Positions 16,549-26,253 are shown, numbered from the stretch's first letter. The stretch: 64,000 nt of DNA from an uncultured virus (IMG/VR IMGVR_UViG_3300025141_000001) (IMGVR_UViG_3300025141_000001), one strand, 5' to 3'. Numbers and translations: made by a program. The notes: a model not told the origin generated them from the sequence alone.

Positions 16549-19500
16549 TGGCTGATTATAAACTCGCTCGATTTAAATCGAAAGAATATCCGTATTTTTA
16601 TGGAACAGTGAAAAGAGGTGATACTAATGTAAGGTATTGGTCTGATACTCCTAAATCAACCATACTCAAGGCAGCCAGAGAGAAAGCAAAGAAAGCAGGG
16701 ACTCTACCTGTTTATAGTGAAACCACTAAAAGTTTAGGAAATAAACTTTATGAAGAGACTCAGGCTGGAGGAAACAAAGTATATTACGGAAGAATTGGAC
16801 GATCGGCTAAACGAAAAAATACTGAAACCGGTAAAATGGAGAATTATACTAAACAATATCAAACCGGACATAAGAAAACATTAGAAGAAGCTAAAACTGC
16901 TTTAACAGAGCTTGAAAAGAAACATCCGCGAACGATTGGGGGAGCTGACAGTCCCGATGAATTGTTAAGAAAACATTTAAAAGAACTGCCGAAAGGTTCC
17001 ACTATTAATCGAAAGGCATTACAGAGTGAATATTTTGGTGATGCCAAATGGGGAATAAGTCGAATAGGTAGGGTTTTAAAAGAATTTAAAAATAAAAAAT
17101 TCAATATTGAAGGAACCGGACCGGTATTAAGGACTGGAGAAACAAGATTAAAATTTACACAGGCGGAGCGTGACGTTCTTAATAAAACATTTAGTAAAGA
17201 ATATGGGGGTCTTAAAGGGCAAAAACTTTACAAGGCAATGGCTGCTGCGGGAGAGAGTAAAAAAGCAAGACAGATCCTCTATGATTGGAGAGAGGGACAA
17301 TACACTGGGCGTGGCTCAGGCTCAGCAGCAAAAGATGCGGTTATAAAGCAGCTTAATAAACTTAAAAAACTTCCATGGATTCGTAGATGGTTTAAGGAAG
17401 GGAATTTTACTACAGACTCGGTTGAGAAAGCTGCTCGAAAAGTAGGTAACGCCATAAAAACAAAGGTACCCTTACCTCGTGGACAAACGTGGTTAAGTAT
17501 TGGTGCACGCAGACTAGCTGATTTAGCTGGAGCGCTTACCGGAGATAAGGAATATATTACGATGTCAACAATGGATAAAGGAGTTTTAAAAGGAGCTACA
17601 CGAGTTGTTGATCAAACCAAGTCCAATGTTTTTCAGGATTTTGGAACCCCTTTTAAAAGACAACTCCATACTAAAGATTTTCAACGTCAAATAGATAAGC
17701 CAGGGGGCTGGCTGTCAACCATTAAACAGGGTATCACTCGAAAATTACGTCCTCAACATCAAGTGGATATGGTGAAAAATCTTGCTTCTGCTGCTAAGGC
17801 AGGAACGGGAGGCTATAGTGTTTTTTGGCAAGGAATTCGTAAAGATATTAATAGACCTCTGAAGGCTCAAGTTGATACAGGAATGGAAGAGGCGGAATTT
17901 AAATTAAGAAATATTGGTCATAATTCTAAGGTTTATACAAATCCTAAAACAGGCGTAACTGAAACTCGTGAACAAATTAGAGATACCTATAATAAAAAAG
18001 TTAGATCTTTTTTACGGGAAGCCAATAAAGATGTTAAACCCGGTGAACCTGTTGTTAGAGCTTTGGAAATGACTTTGGATACCCCACCTTCTGAATCCAT
18101 TGCGCGTTATGGTGAAATGTCAGATATCATGAAAACGAATGTTGATAAAGCATGGAAGGATCATGGATATGGATTCAAAGTTCCTAAGGATTTATTATTT
18201 CCAGATGAAATGAAAGCAGCTGTTAAGGATCCAAGTATATTAGAAAATATTTGGAAACTGGGACGTAAAGCTCCAAGAGTTCTAGGAATTCCTTTAGCGA
18301 TTGGTGCAGGACTCTATACGCTTGGACGTAGTGATCCACTTCAGGCTGCTGAAATAGAGAAGATTTCTGATCAGGGAACCGTGGTTGATGATCAAGTGAC
18401 CGAGGTTGCTCAAGCAGGGACCACGGATCAAATGAGATACAACGCAACCACCGGACAATTTGATGACGCAGAAGGAGAACCGGAAACACAAGAAGGAATT
18501 TTAAATTGGATCGCAGACAATCCGATTAAATCAGGATTGGCTCCGATTCCTCTCGGAATGGGTGCAGGTTTAGGAGCTGAAGCGATGGGAGCTAGAAATT
18601 TAGCTAAGTTTTTCACGAGTATGAAATTCATGTTACCTCCCGCTTACGCCGCAGAGAAATTATATCAATACAAAGAAGGACAAGACCTTGGTGAGATGTT
18701 CACCAATCCTTTAGACGCCGTATGGGCCATGGCTTTGGATACGCCTTACAGTGCAGCGCAAAAGATGAAATATTATAAAGAAGCCGGGGATAGACTCGGA
18801 TTAAAACATTTAGATCCACGTAAGTGGAGAGAAACAGGAGCAGCTTTAAAAAGAGCAACGATGGCTCCAGCATCCAGAGGAACCAGATTAGTCTTTCCAT
18901 TTGGAACAGAGAAATTTGGATTTGGTGCAGCTAAACCATTAGCCAAAACAGGATTACCTAGAGCGTTAGGCATAGGAGCAAGAATGTTACCTCTCGGCCC
19001 TATTCCAATGGCTTTAGTGGCAGGATCCATGGCTTGGGATAAATATAAATTTAATCAAAAAGTCGGAGACCATGTGGATGCTTTAAGAGCTGAAGGAGTC
19101 GTGAGTGAAGAAGATGCAGAGACAATGGAGACGATTTACAAACAAGGTTGGTTAGGAACCACCGCTTTAGGAGCCAAACTCTTAGGATCCGAAGAATTAA
19201 TGTTTGAAGGAGAAATGAGAGATTTAGATTATCAAAAGATGATGCTGGATCAAATGAAAGAGTTTTATCAAGGAAGAGAAGAGGTAGCCACTAAAGAAAG
19301 AGTGGGTGACCGTCAAGAAGATTTCTTTAGCTGGTTTAGTAAAGGTGGACGTGTAGGCGTCGCTGAAGGAGGAGACGATTTTAAACCTAAAGGAGGAATG
19401 ACGAGACGAACTTTCTTAAAATGGTTAGTAGGATCTATTGCAGCAGGTGTTGCAGCGGTAACGGGTAAAGGCGTTAAACAAGCCGCAAAGACCGCAACGA

Positions 19501-20351
19501 CAACGGCAACAAAATCTATTCCCACGAAGTTTGCTGGTGTGGAAGGAATGCCGGCGTGGTTTCCAAGAGCGGTAGCGAAGATTAAAGCCCATGGTAAATT
19601 AATTGAGATGGCAGACAAGCATTATGTCGGAGGAGATATTTATGAAATGATGATTCCTGTTCAAAAATATTATTCTAAAGGACCTCGAGGTGAGGGAACC
19701 CAAATTAAAACAGAAATGGAAAAAGTGGTCATGGAAGAAAATCCATTAACGGGAGAAATTAGTATGCATTGGACTGGCAGTGATAATTTTGGTGATGATG
19801 CGGTTCGACAAATTAACTTTAGACCTGGATCTGCGGGTTATCAGAAATTTGGTGTGGATCCAGACCATCCTCAAGCTTGGGAATATCAACGGGTTAAAGT
19901 AGAAGATCCTGAATTTAGTTATAGTCAACCTGATCAGTCTCAGCCTTATCGAGAGGATGTTGAATATTTAGATATTTCTACTGAAGGAGATGAAGTAGTT
20001 GCAGGGTTAGAAAAGATGACAGGTGGAGTAACTAAAGAGGGCACGGTTGTTGATGACGCTTTCAAAAAGAGAATTTATAAAGATCTAGATCAAGATGAGG
20101 CTTTAGTACCAGATCCTGAAGGACAACTTGGACCTGAAGGTGATTGGTTAGGAGACCCTCCTAATGAAATGATTGAAGGAGATGTGCCGGATTGGGTGCC
20201 TAAAGATGAATGGCCTAAGAAAGCTGAAGGTGGAATTATTGAAACAGGCAACATTGCTAGACGTCCAGGCGCTGTACCTCCATTATCAGGTCCCGATCCT
20301 GAAGGCATCATGACCTTGTATTCTAATCCAAAACAAGTTAAAGTAGGATAA
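16548..20351 (+). CDS. large modular (probable internal virion) protein with GG motifs and an internal Tat-like signal
   Basis: Basic N-terminal half, Gly-rich hydrophobic segments, FSKGGRVGVAEGG, TRRTFLK, acidic C-domain, KAEGG. Confidence 0.7.
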   Translation: MADYKLARFKSKEYPYFYGTVKRGDTNVRYWSDTPKSTILKAAREKAKKAGTLPVYSETTKSLGNKLYEETQAGGNKVYYGRIGRSAKRKNTETGKMENYTKQYQTGHKKTLEEAKTALTELEKKHPRTIGGADSPDELLRKHLKELPKGSTINRKALQSEYFGDAKWGISRIGRVLKEFKNKKFNIEGTGPVLRTGETRLKFTQAERDVLNKTFSKEYGGLKGQKLYKAMAAAGESKKARQILYDWREGQYTGRGSGSAAKDAVIKQLNKLKKLPWIRRWFKEGNFTTDSVEKAARKVGNAIKTKVPLPRGQTWLSIGARRLADLAGALTGDKEYITMSTMDKGVLKGATRVVDQTKSNVFQDFGTPFKRQLHTKDFQRQIDKPGGWLSTIKQGITRKLRPQHQVDMVKNLASAAKAGTGGYSVFWQGIRKDINRPLKAQVDTGMEEAEFKLRNIGHNSKVYTNPKTGVTETREQIRDTYNKKVRSFLREANKDVKPGEPVVRALEMTLDTPPSESIARYGEMSDIMKTNVDKAWKDHGYGFKVPKDLLFPDEMKAAVKDPSILENIWKLGRKAPRVLGIPLAIGAGLYTLGRSDPLQAAEIEKISDQGTVVDDQVTEVAQAGTTDQMRYNATTGQFDDAEGEPETQEGILNWIADNPIKSGLAPIPLGMGAGLGAEAMGARNLAKFFTSMKFMLPPAYAAEKLYQYKEGQDLGEMFTNPLDAVWAMALDTPYSAAQKMKYYKEAGDRLGLKHLDPRKWRETGAALKRATMAPASRGTRLVFPFGTEKFGFGAAKPLAKTGLPRALGIGARMLPLGPIPMALVAGSMAWDKYKFNQKVGDHVDALRAEGVVSEEDAETMETIYKQGWLGTTALGAKLLGSEELMFEGEMRDLDYQKMMLDQMKEFYQGREEVATKERVGDRQEDFFSWFSKGGRVGVAEGGDDFKPKGGMTRRTFLKWLVGSIAAGVAAVTGKGVKQAAKTATTTATKSIPTKFAGVEGMPAWFPRAVAKIKAHGKLIEMADKHYVGGDIYEMMIPVQKYYSKGPRGEGTQIKTEMEKVVMEENPLTGEISMHWTGSDNFGDDAVRQINFRPGSAGYQKFGVDPDHPQAWEYQRVKVEDPEFSYSQPDQSQPYREDVEYLDISTEGDEVVAGLEKMTGGVTKEGTVVDDAFKKRIYKDLDQDEALVPDPEGQLGPEGDWLGDPPNEMIEGDVPDWVPKDEWPKKAEGGIIETGNIARRPGAVPPLSGPDPEGIMTLYSNPKQVKVG

Positions 20352-20364
20352 TCGTAGGAACATT

Positions 20365-22875
20365 ATGGCAGTAGATAAAATTGACAAGTCCCTTCCGAAT
20401 GTGAAGGAAAAAGTTTACGTTGAATCCCCTGAAGAAATTGAAATAGATCAGTCGGAAAAGATTGAGGAAATTAATAAGGATGGCGTAGAAATTGTCCAAA
20501 ACGAAGATGGAAGCGCAGAAATAGAATTTGAACCGGGCAAAGCAGCCGCAGGTGGAGGAGAAGATCATTTCTCTAATTTAGCGGATCTTTTACCTGAACA
20601 AATCGTTAATCGTTTAGCTTCTGAACTTTATCAAAATTACGAAGATTATAAAACTTCCAGAAAAGACTGGGAACAGTCTTATGTAACAGGATTGGATCTT
20701 TTAGGATTCAAGTATGTGAATCGTGCTCAACCTTTCCAAGGAGCATCCGGTGCTACGCACCCTGTACTCGCTGAAGCGGTTACACAGTTTCAAGCAACCG
20801 CGTATAAAGAATTATTACCGGCAGATGGTCCGGTTAGAACTCAAATTTTAGGAGTCGCTACAAGAGATAAAGAAGATCAAGCTGCTCGGGTAAAAGAATA
20901 CATGAATTATCAAATCATGAATGAAATGCCAGAGTACGAAGCAGAATTTGATCAAATGTTATTTTATTTACCTCTGGCAGGTTCCTCGTTTAAGAAAGTT
21001 TATTATGATGAAATGATCGGCCGAGCTGTTTCAAAGTTCGTTCAAGCCGATGATTTAATTGTTCCGTATTCTGCTACCTCATTAGAAGATGCGGAAGCAA
21101 TATTCCAAAGAATGTACATGTCTGAGAATGACATTCGTAAAGCTCAAGTCTCAGGATTTTATTCAGATATTGAATTAGGTCGACCCAACTATACTCAAGA
21201 TAAAGTTCATGAAGAAGAACGAAAACTTGAAGGTACAAGAAAATCTTACAGCTCTCAAGCTGCGGATACCACTTACACCATTTTAGAAGCACATATTAAT
21301 TTAGATTTAGAAGGCTTTGAAGATATGGGAGAAGATGGAGAACCTTCTGGAATTAAACTTCCTTACATTGTAACTTTAGAAGCTGGGGCTAGACAAATTT
21401 TATCAATCCGAAGAAATTACCAACCTAACGATCCACTCAAGAAAAAAGTCCAATACTTTGTCCATTTTAAATTTCTGCCTGGACTAGGTTTCTACGGCTT
21501 TGGACTTATTCATATGATTGGCGGATTGAGTAGAACGGCAACCGTCGCTCTCCGCCAATTACTTGATGCTGGAACGTTATCCAACTTACCGGCTGGATTT
21601 AAAATGCGTGGTATTCGAGTTAGAGATGATGCACAGCCATTACAACCAGGAGAGTTTAGAGATGTAGATGCACCTGGAGGAAATTTAAAAGATGCCTTCT
21701 ATCCTTTACCTTACAAAGAACCTTCACAAACTTTATTACAATTAATGGGAATTGTAGTTCAAGCGGGTCAAAGATTTGCTTCTATTGCAGATATGCAAGT
21801 AGGAGAAGGAAATCAAAATGCCGCAGTTGGAACGACTGTTGCTTTACTTGAAAGAGGCTCAAGAGTTATGAGTGCTATTCATAAAAGATTATATAATGGT
21901 CTTAAACAAGAATTTAAATTATTAGCGACTATTTTTTCTCAATATCTTCCTGCTGAATATCCTTACGATGTTGTAGGTGGACAAAGAATGATTAAGCAAA
22001 TGGATTTTGATGACAGAGTGGATATTGTACCGGTTGCAGATCCTAATATTTTTTCTATGACTCAAAGAATTACTTTAGCTCAAACAGAACTACAGTTGGC
22101 TATGTCTAATCCTCAAATGCATAATTTGTATGCTTCTTATCGTAAAATGTATGAAGCGTTAGGATTAAAAAATATAGATCAACTTTTACCTCCACCTCCG
22201 CCTCCTCAACCTAAAGATCCGGCGATGGAACATATTGACGCAATGGCGATGAAGCCTTTCCAAGCGTATCGGAATCAAGATCATAGAGCTCATATCACGG
22301 CTCATATGAATTTTATGGCAACTAATTTTGCTAGAAATAATCCACCTATCATGGCGGCATTAGAAAAGAACATATTTGAACATATTAGCTTGATGGCTCA
22401 GGAACATATTGAATTAGAATTTGCTAAACAGATCATGGAGATGCAACAAGCTCAACAACAAGGTTTACAAGGTCCTGAAGCTCAAAAAAGAATGCAAGAA
22501 TTAAACTTACAAATGGAAGCTAGAAAAGCCGTTCTTATTGCTGAATACACTGAAGAGTTTATGAAGCAAGAAAAAGAGATTACATCCATGTTGGATAGTG
22601 ATCCATTGATTAAGCTTAAAGCTCAAGAACTTGACTTGAAAGCTATGGAGAATTATCGTAAACAAACAGAGACTACGGAACGAATTAACTTAGATAAAAC
22701 TAAGTTGGTGCAGAATCGAGATCTGACAGAGCAAAAACTCGAACAAAACGAAGATTTAGCTACTTTAAGGGCTGAAACTTCGCTAATTAAGCAAGATATG
22801 TCCAACAAGGCTAAAATGCGGTCTGATGTGATGAAAAGAAAAGACGTAAAAACCTTGAAAGGACCTAGAAGTTAG
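20365..22875 (+). CDS. portal protein
   Basis: 836 aa; HPVLAEAVTQFQA, GSSFKKVYYD, FLPGLGFYGFGLIH motifs and a long C-terminal coiled-coil barrel; position after terL. Confidence 0.85.
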   Translation: MAVDKIDKSLPNVKEKVYVESPEEIEIDQSEKIEEINKDGVEIVQNEDGSAEIEFEPGKAAAGGGEDHFSNLADLLPEQIVNRLASELYQNYEDYKTSRKDWEQSYVTGLDLLGFKYVNRAQPFQGASGATHPVLAEAVTQFQATAYKELLPADGPVRTQILGVATRDKEDQAARVKEYMNYQIMNEMPEYEAEFDQMLFYLPLAGSSFKKVYYDEMIGRAVSKFVQADDLIVPYSATSLEDAEAIFQRMYMSENDIRKAQVSGFYSDIELGRPNYTQDKVHEEERKLEGTRKSYSSQAADTTYTILEAHINLDLEGFEDMGEDGEPSGIKLPYIVTLEAGARQILSIRRNYQPNDPLKKKVQYFVHFKFLPGLGFYGFGLIHMIGGLSRTATVALRQLLDAGTLSNLPAGFKMRGIRVRDDAQPLQPGEFRDVDAPGGNLKDAFYPLPYKEPSQTLLQLMGIVVQAGQRFASIADMQVGEGNQNAAVGTTVALLERGSRVMSAIHKRLYNGLKQEFKLLATIFSQYLPAEYPYDVVGGQRMIKQMDFDDRVDIVPVADPNIFSMTQRITLAQTELQLAMSNPQMHNLYASYRKMYEALGLKNIDQLLPPPPPPQPKDPAMEHIDAMAMKPFQAYRNQDHRAHITAHMNFMATNFARNNPPIMAALEKNIFEHISLMAQEHIELEFAKQIMEMQQAQQQGLQGPEAQKRMQELNLQMEARKAVLIAEYTEEFMKQEKEITSMLDSDPLIKLKAQELDLKAMENYRKQTETTERINLDKTKLVQNRDLTEQKLEQNEDLATLRAETSLIKQDMSNKAKMRSDVMKRKDVKTLKGPRS

Positions 22876-22905
22876 TGTACACAATTAACATAGGAGATAA
22901 AAAAC

Positions 22906-23157
22906 ATGCGTGATGATTTCGGAAGCAGACCTTATAGCGTACGATTTCCATATGGCAGAGAAGGCTTTAAAAAAGGCGGATCTGTTAAGAAGAAGAAAAA
23001 ACAGGGCTACAAAGATAGAGAAGACGAATCTCTAGGAATGAGAACTGGAAAAGAATCTTCTAAGAAACAATCTATGAAAGCTCGTAGAGATGAATCTTAT
23101 GGAAAATGGGGAAAACGTAAAAAGAAATTTGGTCGTTCAAACAAAGTAAATAAATAG
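22906..23157 (+). CDS. small basic protein with FKKGG motif
   Basis: RBS AGGAG; Lys/Arg-rich. Confidence 0.65.
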   Translation: MRDDFGSRPYSVRFPYGREGFKKGGSVKKKKKQGYKDREDESLGMRTGKESSKKQSMKARRDESYGKWGKRKKKFGRSNKVNK

Positions 23158-23165
23158 GATTTAAA

Positions 23166-23570
23166 ATGGGAGACATTTCAAGAAAAGGCCGTGGCTGTGA
23201 AAGAGGCGGTTCTAAAGATAAAAGTCGAACGCGTCATAATAAAGGTGGACGTGTTGGATTAAGATTTGGTGGCGGACGTACGGCTTTATTAGAAGAATTA
23301 GGTCGTGTGGAAGCTGAACCTTCTAACAGAAATAGAAGAGCTGAAATATCTAGAGTGCATGGAGAATTGAACAAAGGATATAACAAAGGTGGACGTGTTG
23401 GTCTTAAAAAAGGTGGTGACAAAAACTGGATTCAAGATGTTAATAAATCCATTAAAGCTAGAGGCACTAAAGGAAAATGTACCCCGATTACTAAACCTGG
23501 ATGTACAGGTAGAGCTAAAGCATTAGCGAAGACATTTAAGAAAATGGCTAAGAAAAGGAAGGCAGCATAA
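23166..23570 (+). CDS. small basic protein with two NKGGRVGL repeats
   Basis: HNKGGRVGLRFGG and YNKGGRVGLKKGG; ends ALAKTFKKMAKKRK. Confidence 0.65.
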   Translation: MGDISRKGRGCERGGSKDKSRTRHNKGGRVGLRFGGGRTALLEELGRVEAEPSNRNRRAEISRVHGELNKGYNKGGRVGLKKGGDKNWIQDVNKSIKARGTKGKCTPITKPGCTGRAKALAKTFKKMAKKRKAA

Positions 23571-23752
23571 TGGCTGATAAAAAAGATAGACCTTTTTACA
23601 AGGGAGTAGACTTCAAACAGTTTACCAACAAAGATGGATATGCTAAGGGCGGAAACGAATATAAAGTTTCTGAAAAGATTCCCGTAGAAGATCAAGTTGG
23701 TGGACAAAGAAGAATGCTTGCTGACAAAAAGTCAAAAGTTAAGTGGTACTAA
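23570..23752 (+). CDS. small hypothetical protein with YAKGG motif
   Basis: TAATG-coupled. Confidence 0.6.
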   Translation: MADKKDRPFYKGVDFKQFTNKDGYAKGGNEYKVSEKIPVEDQVGGQRRMLADKKSKVKWY

Positions 23753-23801
23753 ATTTTTGCGCGCGTCACGCGTAAGTCCTACTTTTTAAAGGAGAGATTA
23801 T

Positions 23802-24191
23802 ATGGCATGGTTCGGATTAGCTAAAATAGCATTACAAGCTGGAAGCAAGATATATGCCAATCGTCAAAAGACGAAAATGGCAATGTCAGATGCACAGCTT
23901 ATGCATGCACAGCGGATGGCCTCCGGTGAGGAATCTTACCAGGGCAAGCTTTTAGAAGCTCGGCAAAACGACTACAAGGACGAAATCGTCCTTGGGATAC
24001 TTACACTCCCGATAATTGTGCTCGCTTGGTCGGTGTGGACAGAGGATCCGGCGGCTTTAGAGAAGGTTAACGTATTTTTTGAGTATTTCTCTAATCTGCC
24101 AAAATGGTTCACAAATTTATGGATTCTCGTCGTGGCGAGTGTTTTTGGTATAAAGGGAACTCAAATATTCCGTAATGGTGGAAAAAAATGA
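23802..24191 (+). CDS. membrane protein, possible holin
   Basis: Two clear TM segments (IVLGILTLPIIVLAWSVW; LWILVVASVFGI); RBS AAGGAG. Confidence 0.55.
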   Translation: MAWFGLAKIALQAGSKIYANRQKTKMAMSDAQLMHAQRMASGEESYQGKLLEARQNDYKDEIVLGILTLPIIVLAWSVWTEDPAALEKVNVFFEYFSNLPKWFTNLWILVVASVFGIKGTQIFRNGGKK

Positions 24192-24352
24192 GTGGTTGGT
24201 TAAAACAACTTATTAATCCTAAAACTGCAGGAAAAGTTAAAGAATTGTTAGGAAGTACTATTAAAAAAGTAGAACCAAAGCTTGGCTTTGAAGATACTAA
24301 AGCTTATAAACAAAAGCTTAAAATGAAGAAGTTTTTTAACAAAGATAAATAA
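24188..24352 (+). CDS. small basic protein (54 aa)
   Basis: Manual translation MSGWLKQLINPK...; coupled at both ends. Confidence 0.5.
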   Translation: MSGWLKQLINPKTAGKVKELLGSTIKKVEPKLGFEDTKAYKQKLKMKKFFNKDK

Positions 24353-24486
24353 TGCCTTTTAAATCCGAAAAACAGAGAAGATATCTTTGGAAGAACGAAC
24401 CAAAGATTGCTAGAGATTGGACAGAAACTTACGGAAGTAAGCCCGTAGGTAAGAAGAAAAAGAAAAAGAAAAAAAGGAGGTCATAA
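24352..24486 (+). CDS. small basic protein (44 aa)
   Basis: MPFKSEKQRRYLWKNEPKIARDW...KKKKKKKKRRS. Confidence 0.6.
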   Translation: MPFKSEKQRRYLWKNEPKIARDWTETYGSKPVGKKKKKKKKRRS

Positions 24487-24563
24487 TGGCTAAGAAAAAA
24501 GCTAAGAAAAAGAAAAAAACTAAGAAAAATAAAAAAAGAAAAACTAAGAAAAAAAGAAAATAA
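24486..24563 (+). CDS. poly-lysine, protamine-like peptide (25 aa)
   Basis: MAKKKAKKKKKTKKNKKRKTKKKRK; RBS AGGAGG; TAATG coupling at both ends. Confidence 0.55.
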   Translation: MAKKKAKKKKKTKKNKKRKTKKKRK

Positions 24564-24814
24564 TGGAAAACGAATTTGTTTTTATCCATAAATTGCAGCG
24601 GGCGATAAGACAAAATCTCGCTTCTTTATCAATCAACGTTACGTCTGGTGGGGTTGACAATTTTGATAAATATAAATATATTACCGGACAAATAAGCGCA
24701 CTGGAATCAGTGTTACAGGAAATATCCAACCTGCTTAATAAAAAGGAGCTATATGAAGAAAAAGACGGAAACGTCGTCAGAATCGACAAAGACCCAAGAC
24801 CTACCAAAGGTTAA
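24563..24814 (+). CDS. hypothetical protein
   Basis: GGVDNFDKYKYITGQI motif; directly upstream of groES. Confidence 0.65.
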   Translation: MENEFVFIHKLQRAIRQNLASLSINVTSGGVDNFDKYKYITGQISALESVLQEISNLLNKKELYEEKDGNVVRIDKDPRPTKG

Positions 24815-25229
24815 ACTAGCCTTAGAAGAATCTTTAAAAAAAGCAGCTGAAGAAGAAGCTTTAGAAGAAGCTAAAAGAAATAAACCTCCTGAAGGATCAA
24901 AATTACCTAAACCAACCGGATGGAGAATTTTAATTCTACCTTTTCAACCTAAAAGAAAAACAAAAGGTGGAATTCATATTGCTGAGACAGCAGCCGAAAG
25001 ACAACACTTAGCCACTGTCTGTGGGCTAGTATTAGAAATGGGACCTGATTGTTATAGTGATAAAAAACGCTATCCTGATGGCCCGTGGTGCAAGAAAGGC
25101 GAATGGGTGATCTTTGCACGATATGCAGGATCACGATTTAAAATTGAAGGAGGAGAAGTAAGAATCTTAAATGAAGACGAGATTCTAGCAACAATACAGG
25201 ATCCTGAAGAGATCTTGCATGAAATGTAA
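24753..25229 (+). CDS. groES: co-chaperonin GroES-like protein
   Basis: PTGWRILI...KTKGGIHI...G.V...GP...VIFARYAG...ILNEDEILA. Confidence 0.85.
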   Translation: MKKKTETSSESTKTQDLPKVKLALEESLKKAAEEEALEEAKRNKPPEGSKLPKPTGWRILILPFQPKRKTKGGIHIAETAAERQHLATVCGLVLEMGPDCYSDKKRYPDGPWCKKGEWVIFARYAGSRFKIEGGEVRILNEDEILATIQDPEEILHEM

Positions 25230-25250
25230 CTAATAACATAGGAAGGAACT

Positions 25251-26252
25251 ATGCCAGAAGAAACAAAAAAAGAAGAAAAATTGGTAGACATTGATACGAC
25301 GGGTCCGGGTGCCGATGTTGAATTACCAGAAGAAAAAGAAAAAGCAGTTGTAACAGAAACTGCTGCGGAACCAGAGAAGGAAACAAATGAAGAAGTTAAG
25401 CAGGACGATACTCAGTCCGTTGATACATCTGAGAAATTGGATGAGTCAGTGGATGTTCGAGATGGCAAGGACGATCAAAAACAAGATGAAAAACTAGAAG
25501 ACTATAGTGAAGGTGTTAAGAAACGTATTGCTAAATTAACTAAGAAATGGAGAGAGGCGGAACGACAGAAAGATGCCGCAGTTGAATATGCTAAAAGTAT
25601 TGAGCATAAAAGAAAACAATGGGAAACTAGATATGCAAAACTAGATTCCACTTATCTTAAAGATTCAGAAGAAAGAGTCAAAAGCCAATTAGAAGCTGTT
25701 AAAGGAAAATTAGCAACTGCTATTGAGTCTGGAGATACAGCAAAACAAGTTGAAGCCCAAGCAGAATTAAGTGCTTTAACAGGGGATGCTAAAAGTATTG
25801 AATCTCAAAAGTTAAAAAGAGAACACTATGAACAGGAGCCTAAAACTCCCGCATATGAGAAAGCACCTGGAGCTACTCCAAGTCTTCCTCAAGTTGACGA
25901 AAAGGCCGAAGATTGGGCGTCTAAGAATGCATGGTTCGGAAAAGATAGAGCCATGACCTTCACAGCGTTCGAAATTCATAAAGACCTCGTGGAAAAAGAA
26001 GGTTTTGATCCTAAATCAGATGAATACTATGCAGAGATCGACAAAAGAATAAAAGTTGACTTTCCTCATAAATTTGATAGAAAGGTATCAAATACGACCA
26101 AACCCGTTCAGTCGGTTGCTTCGGTGAAACGAGGCGTTAAACCTGGTCGCAAAAATGTGAGACTCACGTCATCACAGGTTCAAATAGCCAAAAAATTAGG
26201 CGTGCCACTCGAAGAATATGCGAAACAATTATTAAACACGGAAGGAGCATAA
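25251..26252 (+). CDS. probable capsid scaffolding protein
   Basis: Acidic N-terminus, coiled coil (YSEGVKKRIAKLT), C-terminal AKKLGVPLEEYAK; upstream of the capsid gene. Confidence 0.65.
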   Translation: MPEETKKEEKLVDIDTTGPGADVELPEEKEKAVVTETAAEPEKETNEEVKQDDTQSVDTSEKLDESVDVRDGKDDQKQDEKLEDYSEGVKKRIAKLTKKWREAERQKDAAVEYAKSIEHKRKQWETRYAKLDSTYLKDSEERVKSQLEAVKGKLATAIESGDTAKQVEAQAELSALTGDAKSIESQKLKREHYEQEPKTPAYEKAPGATPSLPQVDEKAEDWASKNAWFGKDRAMTFTAFEIHKDLVEKEGFDPKSDEYYAEIDKRIKVDFPHKFDRKVSNTTKPVQSVASVKRGVKPGRKNVRLTSSQVQIAKKLGVPLEEYAKQLLNTEGA

Positions 26253-26253
26253 T

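Noticed and set aside
19388..19400. AAGGAGGA before ATG 19398 as the start of a separate gene
   Set aside because: The Shine-Dalgarno-like sequence is only 0-2 nt from the ATG and the upstream frame is uninterrupted; kept only as an alternative within the Tat finding.
24410..24807. Phe-rich minus-strand ORFs
   Set aside because: Reverse complement of the poly-Lys coding tract and neighbouring genes.
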